Notes under the pieces: generated by a model
Told to the model about the DNA's origin: nothing
Database searches by the model: none
What the model saw: the letters and a program-made list of their open reading frames with translations, nothing else
Origin: Takakia lepidozioides
Taxonomy: Eukaryota; Plantae; Bryophyta
DNA length: 64,000 nt
Assembly (NCBI GenBank): GCA_030704615.1
Contig: CM060731.1
Span: 94,178,001-94,242,000 of the forward strand
Reading direction: 5' to 3'
Translations under genes and position numbers: made by a program
In this document: piece after piece, positions 37,326 through 51,841 of the stretch
How the letters are laid out: every line of letters begins with the position of its first letter
How positions within the stretch are numbered: position 1 is the first letter of the stretch

Positions 37326-39321
37326 TGGTAGCCCTTTTAAAAGCAGAAACAGGTGGCGAAATCGCAATTCATCTTGGCGCAATGGGGCGCCAGCCCTTGG
37401 ATTTAAGGCGCACTGCTTCCGAGTTCTCAGGCGAAATGTGTGGGTCCCCCGGTGCATTCTGGCACCAGGAACCGCCACTATGTGGCGAAGTTTTTTATTT
37501 TGGCCCTTTTTTTTGCATACAGGTTTCGCGGGCCAACTTTTTTTTGGTGCAATCTGGCTTTTTTTTCGCCCAAAAAGTAGGCTGGGCGGGGTTGTGTTGT
37601 GCATTAACGACAACAAGCGCCAACTAGTTTTTCGTAATTTCTTTGGAGACTATAAATCATTCTTTTGGAACTACAATTCACTCCCGAGTTCCAAGAGCGA
37701 CTGTTCCCCAATTTTTCTTTCCATGAAGCCCGTAAGGTGTTCCTTCATAGTCAACCCACCAAATTACAGCTTATTAAAATTTATATATTGCATGGTATTA
37801 GATATTTAATATTATATAACATATTCCAATTTAACATGAACTATCAGTTATAATCTGAAAACCTTAAAATCTCATAACAATGTTGGCACTCGAGAGACCA
37901 CCAACCCATGCACCTCACAATTTATATCGAAATCTGTGTGTATTTTGGGCGGAGGGGTTAATCTTAGCTAGCATGGGAGAATCTCTTACACCAAGTATAA
38001 ACATTTTAAGAACATTATTAGTTTTACCGCATAGAGGTCAAAGCGTCAAAGCCGTACCTATTCTAGTATAATGAGTCGCAGAAACCTCATCAGCCAATGG
38101 AGTTCTACTTATATGTAAACATTAAAAACAATGTACCGAGTTTCAACTGTTTATTTCATATTTGTAGGAGCGATAGTAGAGGAAACATACGCCCTGGGTG
38201 TGACAAATAATGTCCACGACGTAATGATTTGACTAATAGCCAAGCCACACATAGCATTTGCCTCTGTTGGCAAGACGCACGTCAGGGGCGTCTTCCTCAC
38301 GTGGCAAGGCAAGCGGCCACACAAGCCCCATCCTTCCTTGCTGGGACCCAGTTTGAACACTAGGGATTGGTAGCTAAGATCTGGCAAGGCAAAGGGCCAA
38401 GTCATGATAGATGTATTTCCTCCATTTCCTGCTCTTATGGCGCCTTCCCTACGCCCTACTACATGTTGCAGCATTCACAGAACACACTTCCATCTTCATA
38501 ACGTATTTTCTTTTGCCTTACAAAACTATGTCGAGCGAACTCCCCACCGCATGTAGAGCTGCATGACACTGTTGCGCGCCAAGGGCCCGCGTTATGGGAA
38601 CTGCGTTGAGGCAACGCATATGTCATGTGTGGCCTGGGTACGAGGGTCAAGGTAAGGGCGAGGCCTATAGGCCCGGAGTGTTGCAACGATAAAGGTGCTC
38701 TCTATGATCGACAATGATGCCTATATAACGGCCCAAAGCATACCGTTGAGGAACCTGTCAAGCCTCTTTTAAGTATATGCGATTGTTGATGCTTACCGAT
38801 TCACGCATGTTGTATAACGCTCACACATCACTTCTTCCCCCACATCCAGTTTTGTGCCCTAATGCAAAAATGTATGTATCTCTGATTGTCTCGTAATTAG
38901 AAACGCAAGTTCATCTTCTAAATTTCAAGAGTTTCATTTTTATTTTTATTTATTTTTAAACAGGGAACAGAGGCCATGTGAGAATTTTATATGGGATTAT
39001 TAGGGGAAAAAAATTAAAACCCCCAGATATAAGGCACATATTCCAGCATCTAGGTCACGGGGTGATTCCCCCCTCGTAAGCCTTCACGGCCTCCAGGGTG
39101 GTTAATTTTTTCCACAAAAATGCAATATATTTTGGGACTCCGTTCCCTTTCTATAACCAAAATTTAAAAAAATAAAATAGAAACACATACATTGTAGTCA
39201 GTGAAAAGATGAGCCAACCCCTCAAGATAGAAGGAGAACAAATAGGAAGCAAACGTCGTAGAAACAAAAAAGCATCAAGTCCAAAGTCTAAAAGGAATGC
39301 ATGAAGAAGGCAATGATAAAC

Positions 39322-41085
39322 GCCTCTCATTTTTGAATAATTGGGAGTTTATGTCTCACGTATGGGCCAGGACGCACAACCTGCGGACCGCAGTCCCCCC
39401 ACCCACGGCCATGGCAAGCCCGCGGGTCGGTCCACCCGACTCGCCTCCGCTAGGTCTGCCCGATGGGGGTCTGCTTCGTCCGGCAGACCCACGCCGAACC
39501 CGCACAACAGAGCAGACCCGCGCAGACGTGGCGCGCATATGCCCGTCTAAATGCAGTTATATCCAGACCGTCCGAATTAAGGGCATGGCATCGCAGTCAC
39601 CGATCTCCTGAGACCCCTTTGCTTTTTTTTTGTGTTTCCTCCTCTTTCGTCTTCCCTCGTCCCTCGTCTCTCGTCCCATGCCTTTTGTTGTTTGTTGTTT
39701 GGTGTATGACGTTGGTTGTTTGACTATTTGGACCCAACGGTTGTGAAGAATCCCGTAGCATGACTCGGCGTGAAGGAGCCGTGGACTCCCGTGCCAACGT
39801 CCGTTGTCGGAATTTGTTGCGCACCGAACTAGTGGACCTTCCATATGTTAGCATGACAGTGCGGGGATCGACAGACCTCATGAGGGGACCATTCAAATGA
39901 TCAGACGGATGGGGACGGAAATGCAGAGACAACAGAGACAACCACGCTTATAAGATTCACCGTATTCGCTGTTCTTTCGTCTTGGACCTTTGTTGATTCT
40001 TGTGTTCCACCAGCCCGACGTCCGGACCTCCTCGCTTGACCTTCGGATCCCTGACACTCACATTGTTGATGCACTTGTCCTCTGGACCCTAGCAACACTG
40101 ATACCTGGACAGGGTCGTATTGGAATATGTCATCGACACACCCCTGGAGTTGGAGTTCTGCAAGCATGTAAGACAGTATGAACCCTATCTACATCAACAT
40201 GTACATGTGGCGCAAGCATAGGAAGAAACTGGAAGTGCGGGAATATGGTGCAGACATGACAAAGGTTAGATATGTGTTAGCTCTTGGAGCTATTCTTGTT
40301 CCACACCCTTCGCGTGAACATGCACATTTATGTAAAATTGGGTGGAACACCCGTCTCTACTCTCCTCTCCAAGTACAGAGTCGCCCACTCTCTCCCAGGG
40401 AATACAGGCCGTGTGGACGCGCACGTGGGTGCCCGTGCGACTCTCATTCTTCCAGTAAAGATCTTTGCAGGAAAATGACCCATCCTTTGGTGTTTTGAAG
40501 ACATTGTCGAGTGGACGTATAAGAAAGCCTTTCAGGTTGGGCATCGACGGCCGCTGCCACATATACTATAGTACCATTTCGCGCACGCTTCAACACCTGC
40601 AATATGACCTGCAAAGGTGGAAGCGAATGATACATCACGCACGTTCTTGCCAGGAGGGAAGCCAGGCGGCAGGAACAGACCACAGGGGAGGAAAAGATCG
40701 AGAAACACTCGCAGATTGGTGGCTGCGATGCGATGCTTAAAATCCGGACGGATAGGATGGCAGCGCGGCTTCATGGTCAGATGCGCGCCACGTCATATGG
40801 GGTTTGCTTGGGTCCACTTGGGTCTGTCAGTTCTGGCTGCTCTGGCTGCTCTGCCGGCTGACCCAGCCGCGGCAGACCCAACGGGGACGGGCGCGCCGGC
40901 GGACACAGCGGCGACCGCGGGGCGGCCTGAGCCACGGACCGTGGGTGTGGGGTTGCTGACCGCACTGCGCAACGCGGATGGCCGGTGCGGGGGCCGGCGG
41001 CGGGGGCGACCCCACGGCCGTGCGTCTGTGCGCGTCCTGGCCCACACGTGAGACATTAACTCCCAATTATTCAAAAATGAGAGGC
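39322..41085. mobile_element. Non-autonomous Mutator-like element (MULE)
   Basis: TIRs of at least 55 bp (GCCTCTCATTTTTGAATAATTGGGAGTT... / ...AACTCCCAATTATTCAAAAATGAGAGGC) and perfect 9-bp TSD ATGATAAAC (39313-39321, 41086-41094). Confidence 0.92.
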
Positions 41086-41453
41086 ATGATAAACCCTGAA
41101 TGATTCTAAGGCCTACAAAAGGACAAAAGGAGTAGCGAAAGTGGAGGTGTGAAGCCTTAGAAGTGTCCTTCGCGTGCCGCCAATTAATGGTACGCTCAAA
41201 CTCTGGGCAGGCGGTGGATTGTTGTGCGGATGTTGCGCCAGCAGTCTAGGGGTTGCTTGTTCCAAACGCATTCGTCTTGCAAGTACTACCTCCCTTGATG
41301 TGCCCATGTAGCTCTGAAGATAGCATGGAGCGCCGCTACACTGTGTGGAGCTCGCTGGAAATCTTCGCAAAATTTGGCCCAAGCCATTTTTTTTTTCCTA
41401 CATTTGATGTGGCTTGCAATTCAATGTAATTGTTTATGGCCCTGCGTTCTTAA

Positions 41454-41957
41454 CCCCTACACGACGACGCAACCCGATTCGAGTTGCATTGTTTTTCATC
41501 CACGACATAGAATCCGTGGATGAGGTTGGATGAAAGAAATTCCTGAAGCAAAATTGGGCGGGCTGTCCTCAAGCGTGTGTAGGGATTCACGGCACTTAAA
41601 ATTAATCAAAGTGGGGCTGTAGGGAATTTTTTTGAGCTCGGGCTACACCTAAATTTGTGTGGATTATGGGTGTCCAGAACGTTGACTTGCCCACGGCAGG
41701 TGCAGGCAAACGCCGGCGAGTGAACTGACGGGGCCGCATGTCCACCCGTGCAAACAGCGGACGCCACCCGCCCCTGGTTGTGCAAGGGAGCGGTCGTTCG
41801 TTCGGCCGGGTGACCTTTGAAATGGCTGGTTTTTGATGATGTGGCCTCCAAAACACTGGTTCAAATTTGTGGATGATTCAGAATAGTAAGACATGTAGGT
41901 ACTAGGTACGTACAATTTTTGGGGTGGCCCACAAGAATAGGTCTAGTCCTTTAAGGG
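41454..41957. mobile_element. piggyBac-like MITE (degenerate copy)
   Basis: TTAA|CCCCTACACGAC ... GTCCTTTAAGGG|TTAA; right end matches the reverse complement of the left end of 54146-54902. Confidence 0.6.
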
Positions 41958-43664
41958 TTAAAGGCTGGAGTATGCAAAGGGTTCAAGGAGTCTCCAGGCT
42001 TGAGAAATGTTTAGGGAGCCATTCAATGACGGACAAGTATTGGATGCAGTAGGTGGATGAAATCTGTAGATGAAGTTCTCGGTTTTCATTCACATTCCCA
42101 CACTGAGACGAATATTTCCATTCATAAGTGCAAATGCAGGACTACGGAGAGAGTCCAGGCTTGAGAAATATGCAAAGGGTGTATGGAGGGTGTTACTGAT
42201 TCTAAAAATTTGCACAATCAATTAAATCAAGAGATGTGTAGATAGAAAATTCCATCCCTATATATAGTTGAAAGTGTAAATAGGATGTAGTTCATCCGGT
42301 CAAGTTGGTGCATGTGGTCAAGAGATACATTGTACAGTAATGGGGCAAACATAGGGTTTCATCCAGCACGAGCCGTTCTACCATACCTGTCTACGCTGTC
42401 CAACGATAATTCAACGTGCTGACAGGAAAAAAAAAAAAAAAAACATTTTGAATTTTATATTATATATTCTGATAACTTTCAGAACTGCACAAATTCCAAA
42501 AAGACTGCTGAACCTCTTCTTCAAAAAACATTAATTATTCTCTTCCCTGACGAATAGCATGGGCAAGTACCTTATACAAAGGTGCCACCTGGATTAGTGT
42601 GTAGAATTTCAGATCACTTTACAACCAATTACTAATTTATACAATGCGGGCCAAAATGTGAATTCCATGCATTTGTTAATGACTTCAAAAGCTTCAACTT
42701 CCCGTCACCGTCCTAGGTTGGCCAACGACAAAAACGAAAATCTTGAGTTATGAGAGACATTGGTTTATTAACTGATGTGACATGGAGGAGCATCATATTA
42801 AAATGAATGTCGGTGGCTAAACCTGGACATTGAATCTGTTGGGCTTGATGGATTTGACTGCACGCTGCCTCAAGGCACAAAGGAAGGGTGAGTTGGATGG
42901 CTGCCGTTTGAACTCATACCAGGGCCACATAGGCCAAATATGTCCGCAACGCAGCTCCCATAACGCGGGCCTTGGTGCGCAAGGTTGTCAGACTGTCCCT
43001 AGGCTGGCGCCACTGCATTTGGGCATCCGAGTTCTCCAACGCAGCCGAACGCAGCCGAACGTACGTTCCGGGAAGCGTGCACCAGACCATGGACGTCCAC
43101 ACGTCCTACGTCATTTTCACGTGTGTTGAGCCGTTGGATTACAGGCCCTCTCAATCACTCCTAGTTTGCCACCTTCTCGACGCATTGGGGGATGGCAGGC
43201 AGTGTGGCCGCCATCTTGCAACATCGCGGGGCCTGCGTTCAGCCACTGTTGCTTTCTGGCTTTATTTCGCCTAAAAAATATGGGTTGGTTCCGTTGTCAA
43301 TGACACTACCGCTCCGATTCTCACTAATAAAGCCATTGCTAAACATCGCAATAGCCGCCTAAAAAACTTGTTCCACAAGAGTGGTATGGCAGCAGGAGGA
43401 GTCCGTTGACGTGGATATAACTTATGGGAGCTGTCAAACCGTTTTGTCACCACACCGACACAATGGTGACGGCTGTAAATTCTGATGGATAAATGTGGAA
43501 TGGTACTAACTGTGGTTAGCGGATTGTGATGCGTGATGGCCGGGCCACACAGGGCAAAAACCTCGTTCAGGTGACCCTTTTGGCTTATTGCAAATGCAAG
43601 CAACTTGGAGTACCGGTGCATATCTCAAAGCCTATCAAACGAGCTTTGTGGGCTGCGACACGCC

Positions 43665-43908
43665 CAATGTTTTTCTTTTTGGCGAAAAATCGCCATATTT
43701 CGACCTGGAAACTCGGTCAGCTACTTGTACAAAGGTAGTAAAATCCGAGATTTTCGCCAAAATGCACCAGGAGATAAATTTCAGGAGCCTAATCTTGGCG
43801 ACGTGGACCAATGAGAACGTGACACCTGGAATATAGCCACTTTGCACTGGGTGGAATTCACAGGTGGCCCCGCCAGCGATTTTGGGAATATGAAAAAAAA
43901 ACACACTG
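43665..43908 (+). mobile_element. hAT-type MITE
   Basis: Termini CAATGTTTTT ... AAAACACACTG, 8-bp TSD GACACGCC (43657-43664, 43909-43916); related copies at 55271, 55620 and 57177. Confidence 0.85.
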
Positions 43909-46900
43909 GACACGCCCTTGTAAAAAAAACAGGGAAAAAACAACAAAAAAAGAGCCAGAAAGCGCGCGTTTCCTGGCGGAGTGTCACCATAAGGCACCAA
44001 AGGAACCACCCCCTGGCGCCTGGATCCCATGGCACCCGCCATCAACGCGGCCGGCGCTGTTGGCGTGGCAGCCGTGGGGGATCTCGCCAGGTGCTGCGCC
44101 CTGGGCCGTCCGTTTGCCAAGCGTTTTAGGGCTGTAGGGTGGTGGCCATCGCACTTGCGATATAAAGCTAAATAAACCTTTTATGGTAGCCACTTTGATG
44201 CAATATAAGGTAGAAAGACACCGCAATATGAGCAGGTCCTAAAAATGGACCCTATTTTTGGGGGTGTAAAGTGGTCCCGCCTGCCCTTAAATGGCGACCT
44301 TACTGCCAACGGGCCGATTTAGGTTCCTTCGTGGTCATTGTGGGCCCCATGGTGCTTTGTTAGATGAACAAAAACGTACCAGCGTATTTGCCAAATGGAG
44401 GCCTTTTATAGGATACCTTTTGCTCTTGTGGCCGATCTGTTGGGTGAGTTAGTGGCCATTTTCAAGTGCACATCTCTCGTGCATATCAGGTCACATGTAG
44501 GCTTCATATTAGATAATATTTCAGTGAGTTATGGTACCCCGCTCAGGCATAGCTTTTTTGTGCCTGCCACTTTTGAATATATATCAATTAGCCACTTCGT
44601 CCAAAATTCATGAAACCAATTCAACCACAAGCTGTTTGTTCAATTGCTCATCCAGTCATAAAATTTTTCCCCTTCCTGCACCAATTGTATGGGCATATCT
44701 GCTTAAGCGCTTACATTTGGGTGTAACTACCTTAAGGGCCCTTCGGGCTAGGTTTATCTGCCCTGCTTTGAACACGTGTCGCCCTTGAAATGTCTTCTTG
44801 GTCATCTTTGGGCGCCATATTGCGACAGTATGGTGCATAGTTGTAGCCACATATGACCCATGGAAACAGCTGGTTCGCCACCTATGCACTGTACACCACC
44901 AGTTTGTAGCCACATGGCCGCTGTACATGAAATGGAAAAAATGGGCTGGATGGAACATCTCGTAAATGTTTGGCATTAACTATGAATGAATGATGATACT
45001 TTATTGTTGTGCATGGGAAGCCCTAGTGTCGCATGGCCACATAATAACCGCACACAAAAGTCATCTTTTATTCTTGGAAAATAGTTGGCGAATCCTGAGG
45101 CAATGCAATGCGTCTACATATACGATGGAATCTTACGCAAAAAATAGATGGTCTGTTTTACATGTTGGTGGGTTTGTGAATCTGCCCGACAACATATGGC
45201 TAGGTGGCAAACTTCGGCGTGCTGGATGATAATGGGAGTTAGGGCGGACCCGGTGGAGACTGATAACTTGGAGGTCCGCCAGAGTGGGCTCCAAAGTAGC
45301 AACGCGCTAAACGTGGCGGCGTTCAAAAAGCCTTGGCTCGCCTGCCTCCACGGATTTCCCCACTCCCGTGCAAAAGCCGTGGCTTGTCGCGTCACGCTCG
45401 CCCTTCGCCAATAATGCAGCTGCCCGCCTGCCCGCTTCCGTGCACCGCTGCCCGCTGTCAACATGTAATATTGCCAGTAATCTGCGCAATCAATTATCGG
45501 CCAGATTGCGTGATGGTAAAAGTGTGGCAGCAATAAAAGTGTACTCTATACGCATAGAGAACATTAAAGTACACGTTCCCTTCACAATGGATGGATCATG
45601 GATGCAAGCGAGAAGAATCCCGATGCATGAGTGGACGAAGAATCGTGCGCCACTCCCCAATATTCCTGCGCCCCCCCCTCTCCCCGGTTTTTTTTCACAC
45701 GATGATTCTGGAGTCATGAATAGGCCATGTAAAGAGGCCCTAATATTACATTGTGGACAGCCAATTCCCATTCAGACATGTGTCTGTCTTCACTCGGTTC
45801 TTCCTAACTTGTTTTGCTTTTCCACAGTTGCGCTCAAGACCCCAAGTTTTGTGTGATGCTCGCCAAAGGGCCTGCGACTACAGGGTCCTAGACCAAATTG
45901 GGAAATAAGCCAATAAGTGAGCGGCACCTATTGAGTAGGATACCACCCTGTTTAAAATACAAGAAAGTTGGGTACCAACTCATTAGTTGTTTCTAACATT
46001 TGTGGGTACCCAATTCCACATGTTGAGAGCATCCAATCGTTCCTTCCACTTGTATCAAGCATGTAAATATGTCCTTTCCAGCTTTTTTTGGTCATTTCGA
46101 TTCTTCCAATATCATAGTCTAATGTTAGTTTCAAGTCTTGGAATGCTGATGGAATTTCTCATCAACCGAGAGTTCAAATTATACTCTCCTAGCTTTACTG
46201 AGGCAATTACTCATGGACTTTGATACCAACAACACTACCAACAACACATTGATATAAACAAGCCTCATATAAAATAAATAAGTACCCAACAACATCAGTT
46301 GTGGGAACTTTTGAAGGTAAAAAAAGGAGAGAGGATTGGAGCGACCAATAGGAATGTAGAAAAGGGTGCAGCTGAGCGAAGCAGGAGGCCGAGGGGACGT
46401 GTGTCCAGCCACATCCAGGCGCCCATTGTGGGAATGTGCACACCTGGCATGAACCAGCGAAGGCTAGAGACGGCTGGCCCCGCCGCTCACAGAGGGTATA
46501 TAAAGGAGGGTCCGCTCCAACTTACTACCTACTACTGACTAATCTACACCCAAGGCCTCCACTAAAAAGCAAAAATGTGGAACAGGTACCATAAGAAGAT
46601 CATACGCTAGCTCAAATGGCAATGAGCTCTCTTGCTTTTTCGCAAAGCATAAGGGGGAGGTGAGACTAATAAGGGCATGACTTACAACATACCAATGGGT
46701 CGCTGTATAAGGTTCTTGACCACATTTTCTCCGTTGACTTCAACATGATGCATAGTCTCTCTTCTACATAAGAGAACTAATAACAAAGGGACCATGGTTA
46801 ATGTCACTCGCTTCTTTCCTTTGGTTCTCTTTCCTTCTGATCCAATCAAGAATCTAGTTGGACCCTAAAGGAGTTTGATTAGCATACTGGGCTACAGTTC

Positions 46901-49429
46901 AATGGACCACCTGTCGATTCCATCCCTTGACTAAAGTCACTTGGATTCCTGCAGTTGTATCATCCGAGGAGCAACTTGTGTCGATAACACATTTTGGCTA
47001 GACTCTTGCGAATACACCAAAAAACTCCTCCACTGTACTCGCTGGGTTCTAATTTGGTAAGCATGTAAAAATAGTACACTCCAGGAATTTTACCCTGTTT
47101 GCAGCACCCAAATAAAAAGGATGATACTATTGAGTGCAAGGTGGGAATATATGGTGATATCATTTATATTATAGGTGTGCATCAGTTTACATATTCCTTT
47201 GTGAGCAAGGCATGACGAGGTGCATGTAGTGCTTTGAAAGTGATGCATTTTATAATTATGTTGTTACATGTTGGATGGGCTCTCGCCCTCCTGTACTGTC
47301 ATGCTTTTAATGTAAGAAAGCCAAGGCAGCAAAGAGAAGAGGACAAACATCAATAATTGAGCGAAGATGCACGTACCACGAAAAGGCTCCATGCGACGTA
47401 GCCCTGGACTCGATTGCAGCGATTGCGATATGCATGATCCCCGTTTTACATGCACAACCCATCACTCTTCAAAGCTTTGCTACCTTGCCCCCATCATCTT
47501 CATTGCTCCACATTTTAGGCATTTTTGGAAAATTAAAAATTAAAAATTAATTCAGTGTGATGAAGGATTGAACCTAAGAAATATGCGCAGTGGCTTCAAG
47601 TGTCCAAAGCGTGCAGGTGTGAGAAAGAATGGAGAGGAACCGCTAGGGTAGAACACCCTATGACCAACCAAATAAGGAGAAATTACACTCTACAGATTTA
47701 GATGAAGATGTCATCCATGGAAAGCTTATTAGTTCCACAACCAGCCTAATACCAAATAAACAAAAAAACAAAGTATAAGACTTAAGATACAAGAAGTAAA
47801 TAGGCACAAATAGGCACTTGGCCTTCCATGGCCATGGCCATTGCCATTGCTCTCTATTAACATTATTAATGATATCTATGACCATTGTCAACCCATTGGT
47901 TTAATGCGATAGTAAAAGCCTATTAGTTTCATAAAGTGAGTCAATCACCATAGTTACGGTATCCTATGACCTATGACCATCCTCCCATGCGCAAATGACA
48001 TCTAATGTCTTATGTGGACAGCCTAGCCGATCTATTGTCGATGCGCAGGACTTGAAAGTTATACGGATCTAGGATGATCTTTCTTCTGGACCTATGCTCT
48101 GTTTCTCTATGGAAATGCACTAACTTTGAAAAAAAAATTTTCGTATAAGCATTTTTTACTTACTTGACAGATACGAACTGGAGAATGAATTCATTCTACT
48201 GCACCATTATAATATCATGCGGAATGATCTTTTTCATTTTACTTGTAGAGACTTTGTTTTCAGATCTTGACAGTCATGGCTTCCATGGCCACTCCAGAAC
48301 AATGCCTGAAAAATTGCCATATCAAACCAGTGACCTGTAGAAGCTCATCCAAAAGCCAGATTCACCCTAACATATACTTCAGCTTAAGCATTAGAAAGCT
48401 GAGATAGTGGTAATGTCAATAAGTTGTTACATCAACCTAATAGGCTCTGGCCATAAGCCGGGAAACTGAAAACCACAAAATTGTTCTCATAGAAGTTAGG
48501 GCATGTTTGCTCCTTGCTCTCTTGGCAGGACAAAAACTGGCAACTCCTTCTGGAGTAGTGTTCTCACTTTCCAACGATCCGATTTCATGATCTTCTAGTT
48601 TATCACCGTCAATTTGTCTTGATGTCTCACCTTGAATAATATTCAAGTTTTGTAATTCTGGGAACTCTTTTCTCAACCGAGCTTCTCTTTCTACAGCATA
48701 TTTCTCTATTCTTTCAGCTCTGTCTTGTTTAGCTTTGTCTTTAATTTCCTCATTCATTCCCACATCATATATAGAATTCCTTTTCAGCACCCTTTAATCA
48801 GTCTTGATATGTCAGTAAGAAAAATTATAGTGGTCTCTACCATTTCTCCAAGATTTACCCTATCTTGCCAGAATCCGTATTACGACTTAATTTTCCCTTT
48901 ACTGATTGATCACCAATCTTTCAATGGGCACAATAATATCATTTGTCTTTCTCAGTGTATCTGACTTGTAACAAGTCTTTGGGTATCCAGTACTCCAACT
49001 GCTTCTATGATCATATGACAATATTCATAATTTGAACATCCTTCCCTAAAAATATAACTAGTGTAGCAAACTTTTCTGATTGGGATTAGAGTAATCAATA
49101 AAGCTAGACGGGACAACCATTCTTCACTTCTAATTCTACATTCCCAAGGTGCTCGTGTAATACTGATCACTCCTCTCTTTAATCCCCATTTGTCATCTTC
49201 TTTCTTAATTGAAAGAAACAGAGAGATCTACTACAGGCTATAAATATTTGATAGCTATTAGTTGAAGTAAAAATCAGCAATGATAAGTCCTCAAATGTTT
49301 CACTAAGCAAAGCAAAACACTGTGTCTAATCTGATATGCTATAGAATGAACTCCATTTGAAATGAACAAACATGTAATATAACTAGCTACTATTTGAATT
49401 GTACTAGCGACAATGAATCACATCTGAAA

Positions 49430-51807
49430 CATGTCTATGTAGTGTCACGACAGTAACCTGCCATTGTGCTTGGTCTCTGATGACAGAGTTGGGGCATTGG
49501 CAAATTCGTGATGGCTGTAAGTGCAGGTCGCATTGGCTGACCTGAATTTCCATTGACTCCCTTGTCTCCTCTCCTTCTTTCCAACACTCTCCTTCTTGCT
49601 GCTCTTTGAGTAGGACTTGACATTCCAAGGTTTACACCATGATAGATGTTTGGATTAGCAGTCACCCCACTTCTGATGGCTTAGTGGAAAGCATTGCCCA
49701 TAGCTCTGACATTATGTGTTTGCCAATAAGCATCAAACGCCGCTTTTTGGCGTTTCTCTATGGCTTTCTCACTTGCTTTCTCGGCTGCAGAACGTGTCTC
49801 TTTGCTTCAGTCGTGCCTTTTCTTCTGTCTCTCGCCGTTTCTTCTCTCTTTCCTTTTCAACAGCCTCTCTCATAAGGGTTTTTTGTTGATTGTTGTGTAC
49901 TCCGTAGAGGTCATGACAATGGAATTGGCATAGTCAACTAATGACTATTTTCCTTTTGTAGGCTTGGCTGGAAATCGAGGCAATGCAAAGAAGGACTGGC
50001 TTGACTGGTAAGTATCTTGTGTGCACTGCACGTCTATTTCTGAACTCTGTCCATTATCAGAAACCTGATTTGTGGCTCATTGCAAATTGACAGCAATGTT
50101 AGATCCCACAAAAAAATGTTGCATTTGACTTTCTTCCATGTAAGTAACATCATTGGTTGGCTGGGATTGTTCACTTGCTATGTCAATGAGTGAAGTGCCC
50201 TCACCGAGAGGTAGAGAAGGCCGCACACTTGTGTTTGTGTCCTCGTTGCTTCTCGATGCTTGATATTCATTCGTATCAAGTGGACTGTTTTCGATCATGG
50301 ATAATAGTGCAGCTGCTCCAGCAGTAGTATTTGCTTCTACCTCGACCTCTGCTTCATCATTCTCGCTCTCTGACCCTGTTTCAGGTTCATCTCTTTCAGC
50401 ATCAAATTGTTCAGAAGGTCCAACTTTACTCTCCATTGCGTGAGGATTGAAAGGCCAAATTCCAGTGGTGCGAAAACCAGCCCGAATATTTTGAGGTAAT
50501 AGCCTCCTTAACAGCTTGGTCAACCTATGATGCCAATGCATTTTTGTCGGGTTCCACAAAGTTTCTTTGCAGCATTTCAAAGTCACAAATGCTTCGAAAT
50601 TTAGTTTTGAAGGGCTTAAAGCAAGCCCACATCGAGGGGCTGTAGAGCATGTGAGGTATGGGCTGGAAGTGTCACCATGTCCAGCCAATCTCCATAGCAT
50701 ACTGAATTGCTTCAATCGTGACGTGGGTACCATGTCCATCCAATATTAGCAAGTATCGATTTTCTGTCGAAATCCCACCTGGAACTTTCTTTTTGAAAAA
50801 AAACCAGCCACTGTTAAACAACTTGGCCGTCATCCATGCCTTTTCTTGCATTGCCATGCAAGCCCCTGTCTCACAGTCTTGAATGTAATCCTCCATGATT
50901 CGTTTGCCTCTGAAAATGAAGTAGTTAGGGATCCTCCCTCCTTCAGCATTTACACATGCATTTACAGTCAACCATTCTCTAGACTTGGGTATGGTGCTGT
51001 AGACATAATGCGAACTTTTCTTAGCAATGACCCTTGCTCCAGAAGTTCGCCCAGCTTGACACCCTGTTTCATCGCTATTCCAAATGTGTATGGAAGGATA
51101 GTGATGCTTCGCATACAACATTTTCAAATTGTTGTAAAATGTTTCACAATGTTTGGAAGTAAGTGCTTTAGCCCTGCCACTTCCAGCCCTTCAGCCATTC
51201 TGATCGCAAGTTGTGGATATCTTCTTCTAAACCACTTCAACCATGAGTGACCTGGAATGCCGTTTGTGAAAAGGGTGGCTCTGATTTGAATTAACTCACC
51301 CACTTTCAGCTTCAATTGGTGGACTGTAACTGAATGACCAATATCTTGCATGCGTAAAATCCAGTCTACCACTTGGTCTTCCTCTTCCACTGAGAGAACA
51401 CCCTTAGCACCTACTTTTCTTTGCTTTGTTTTCCCATTGAGGTGATCTAGCAAGGAAGTATAAGGAATGTTCCAATGCTGACCTGCTTATCTGATGCTCA
51501 TGGTACCTCTTTCCACGACATCCATTGCTTCTTCCAGCGCATCATCACTCCACAACCCTATTTTTGTCTTGTCTTTCCCTCGTCTTCTCTCGCTTTCTTG
51601 CTGACCCGGGGTTGTGGATGGTGGAGTTGGTGTTGCACAAAGGGGTTCAATAGGGGCTGGAGTTACCGCTGGTTTTGACCGGTTTGTTTTTTTCCCTCTT
51701 TTGTTGGTTTGAGCGGAAGCATTACCAACAGTGGAGTCTGATGCATGACCACCTTTGACAAGCTTTTTCTTCTTGGCCACATTTAGATCTTCTACTAACC
51801 ATTGCAA
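49430..51807 (-). pseudogene. pogo/Tc5-like (CENP-B-related) DDE_1 transposase, frameshifted
   Basis: HTH_psq-like WSDDALEEAMDVVERGTMSIR; CENP-B HTH LSVEEEDQVVDWI...PGHSWLKWFRRRYPQL; DDE_1 IWNSDETG...WLTVNACVNAEG...AWMT...LLILDGHGTH; NIRAGFRTTGIWPFNP; then acidic, coiled-coil and Cys-rich tail. Element termini not identified. Confidence 0.88.
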
Positions 51808-51841
51808 TGCAGTATTGATCCAACTACAGACACATCAATGA

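Noticed and set aside
46600-47000. Possible DDE_1 fragment (KGKKRVTLT on the - strand)
   Set aside because: A single short motif surrounded by stops
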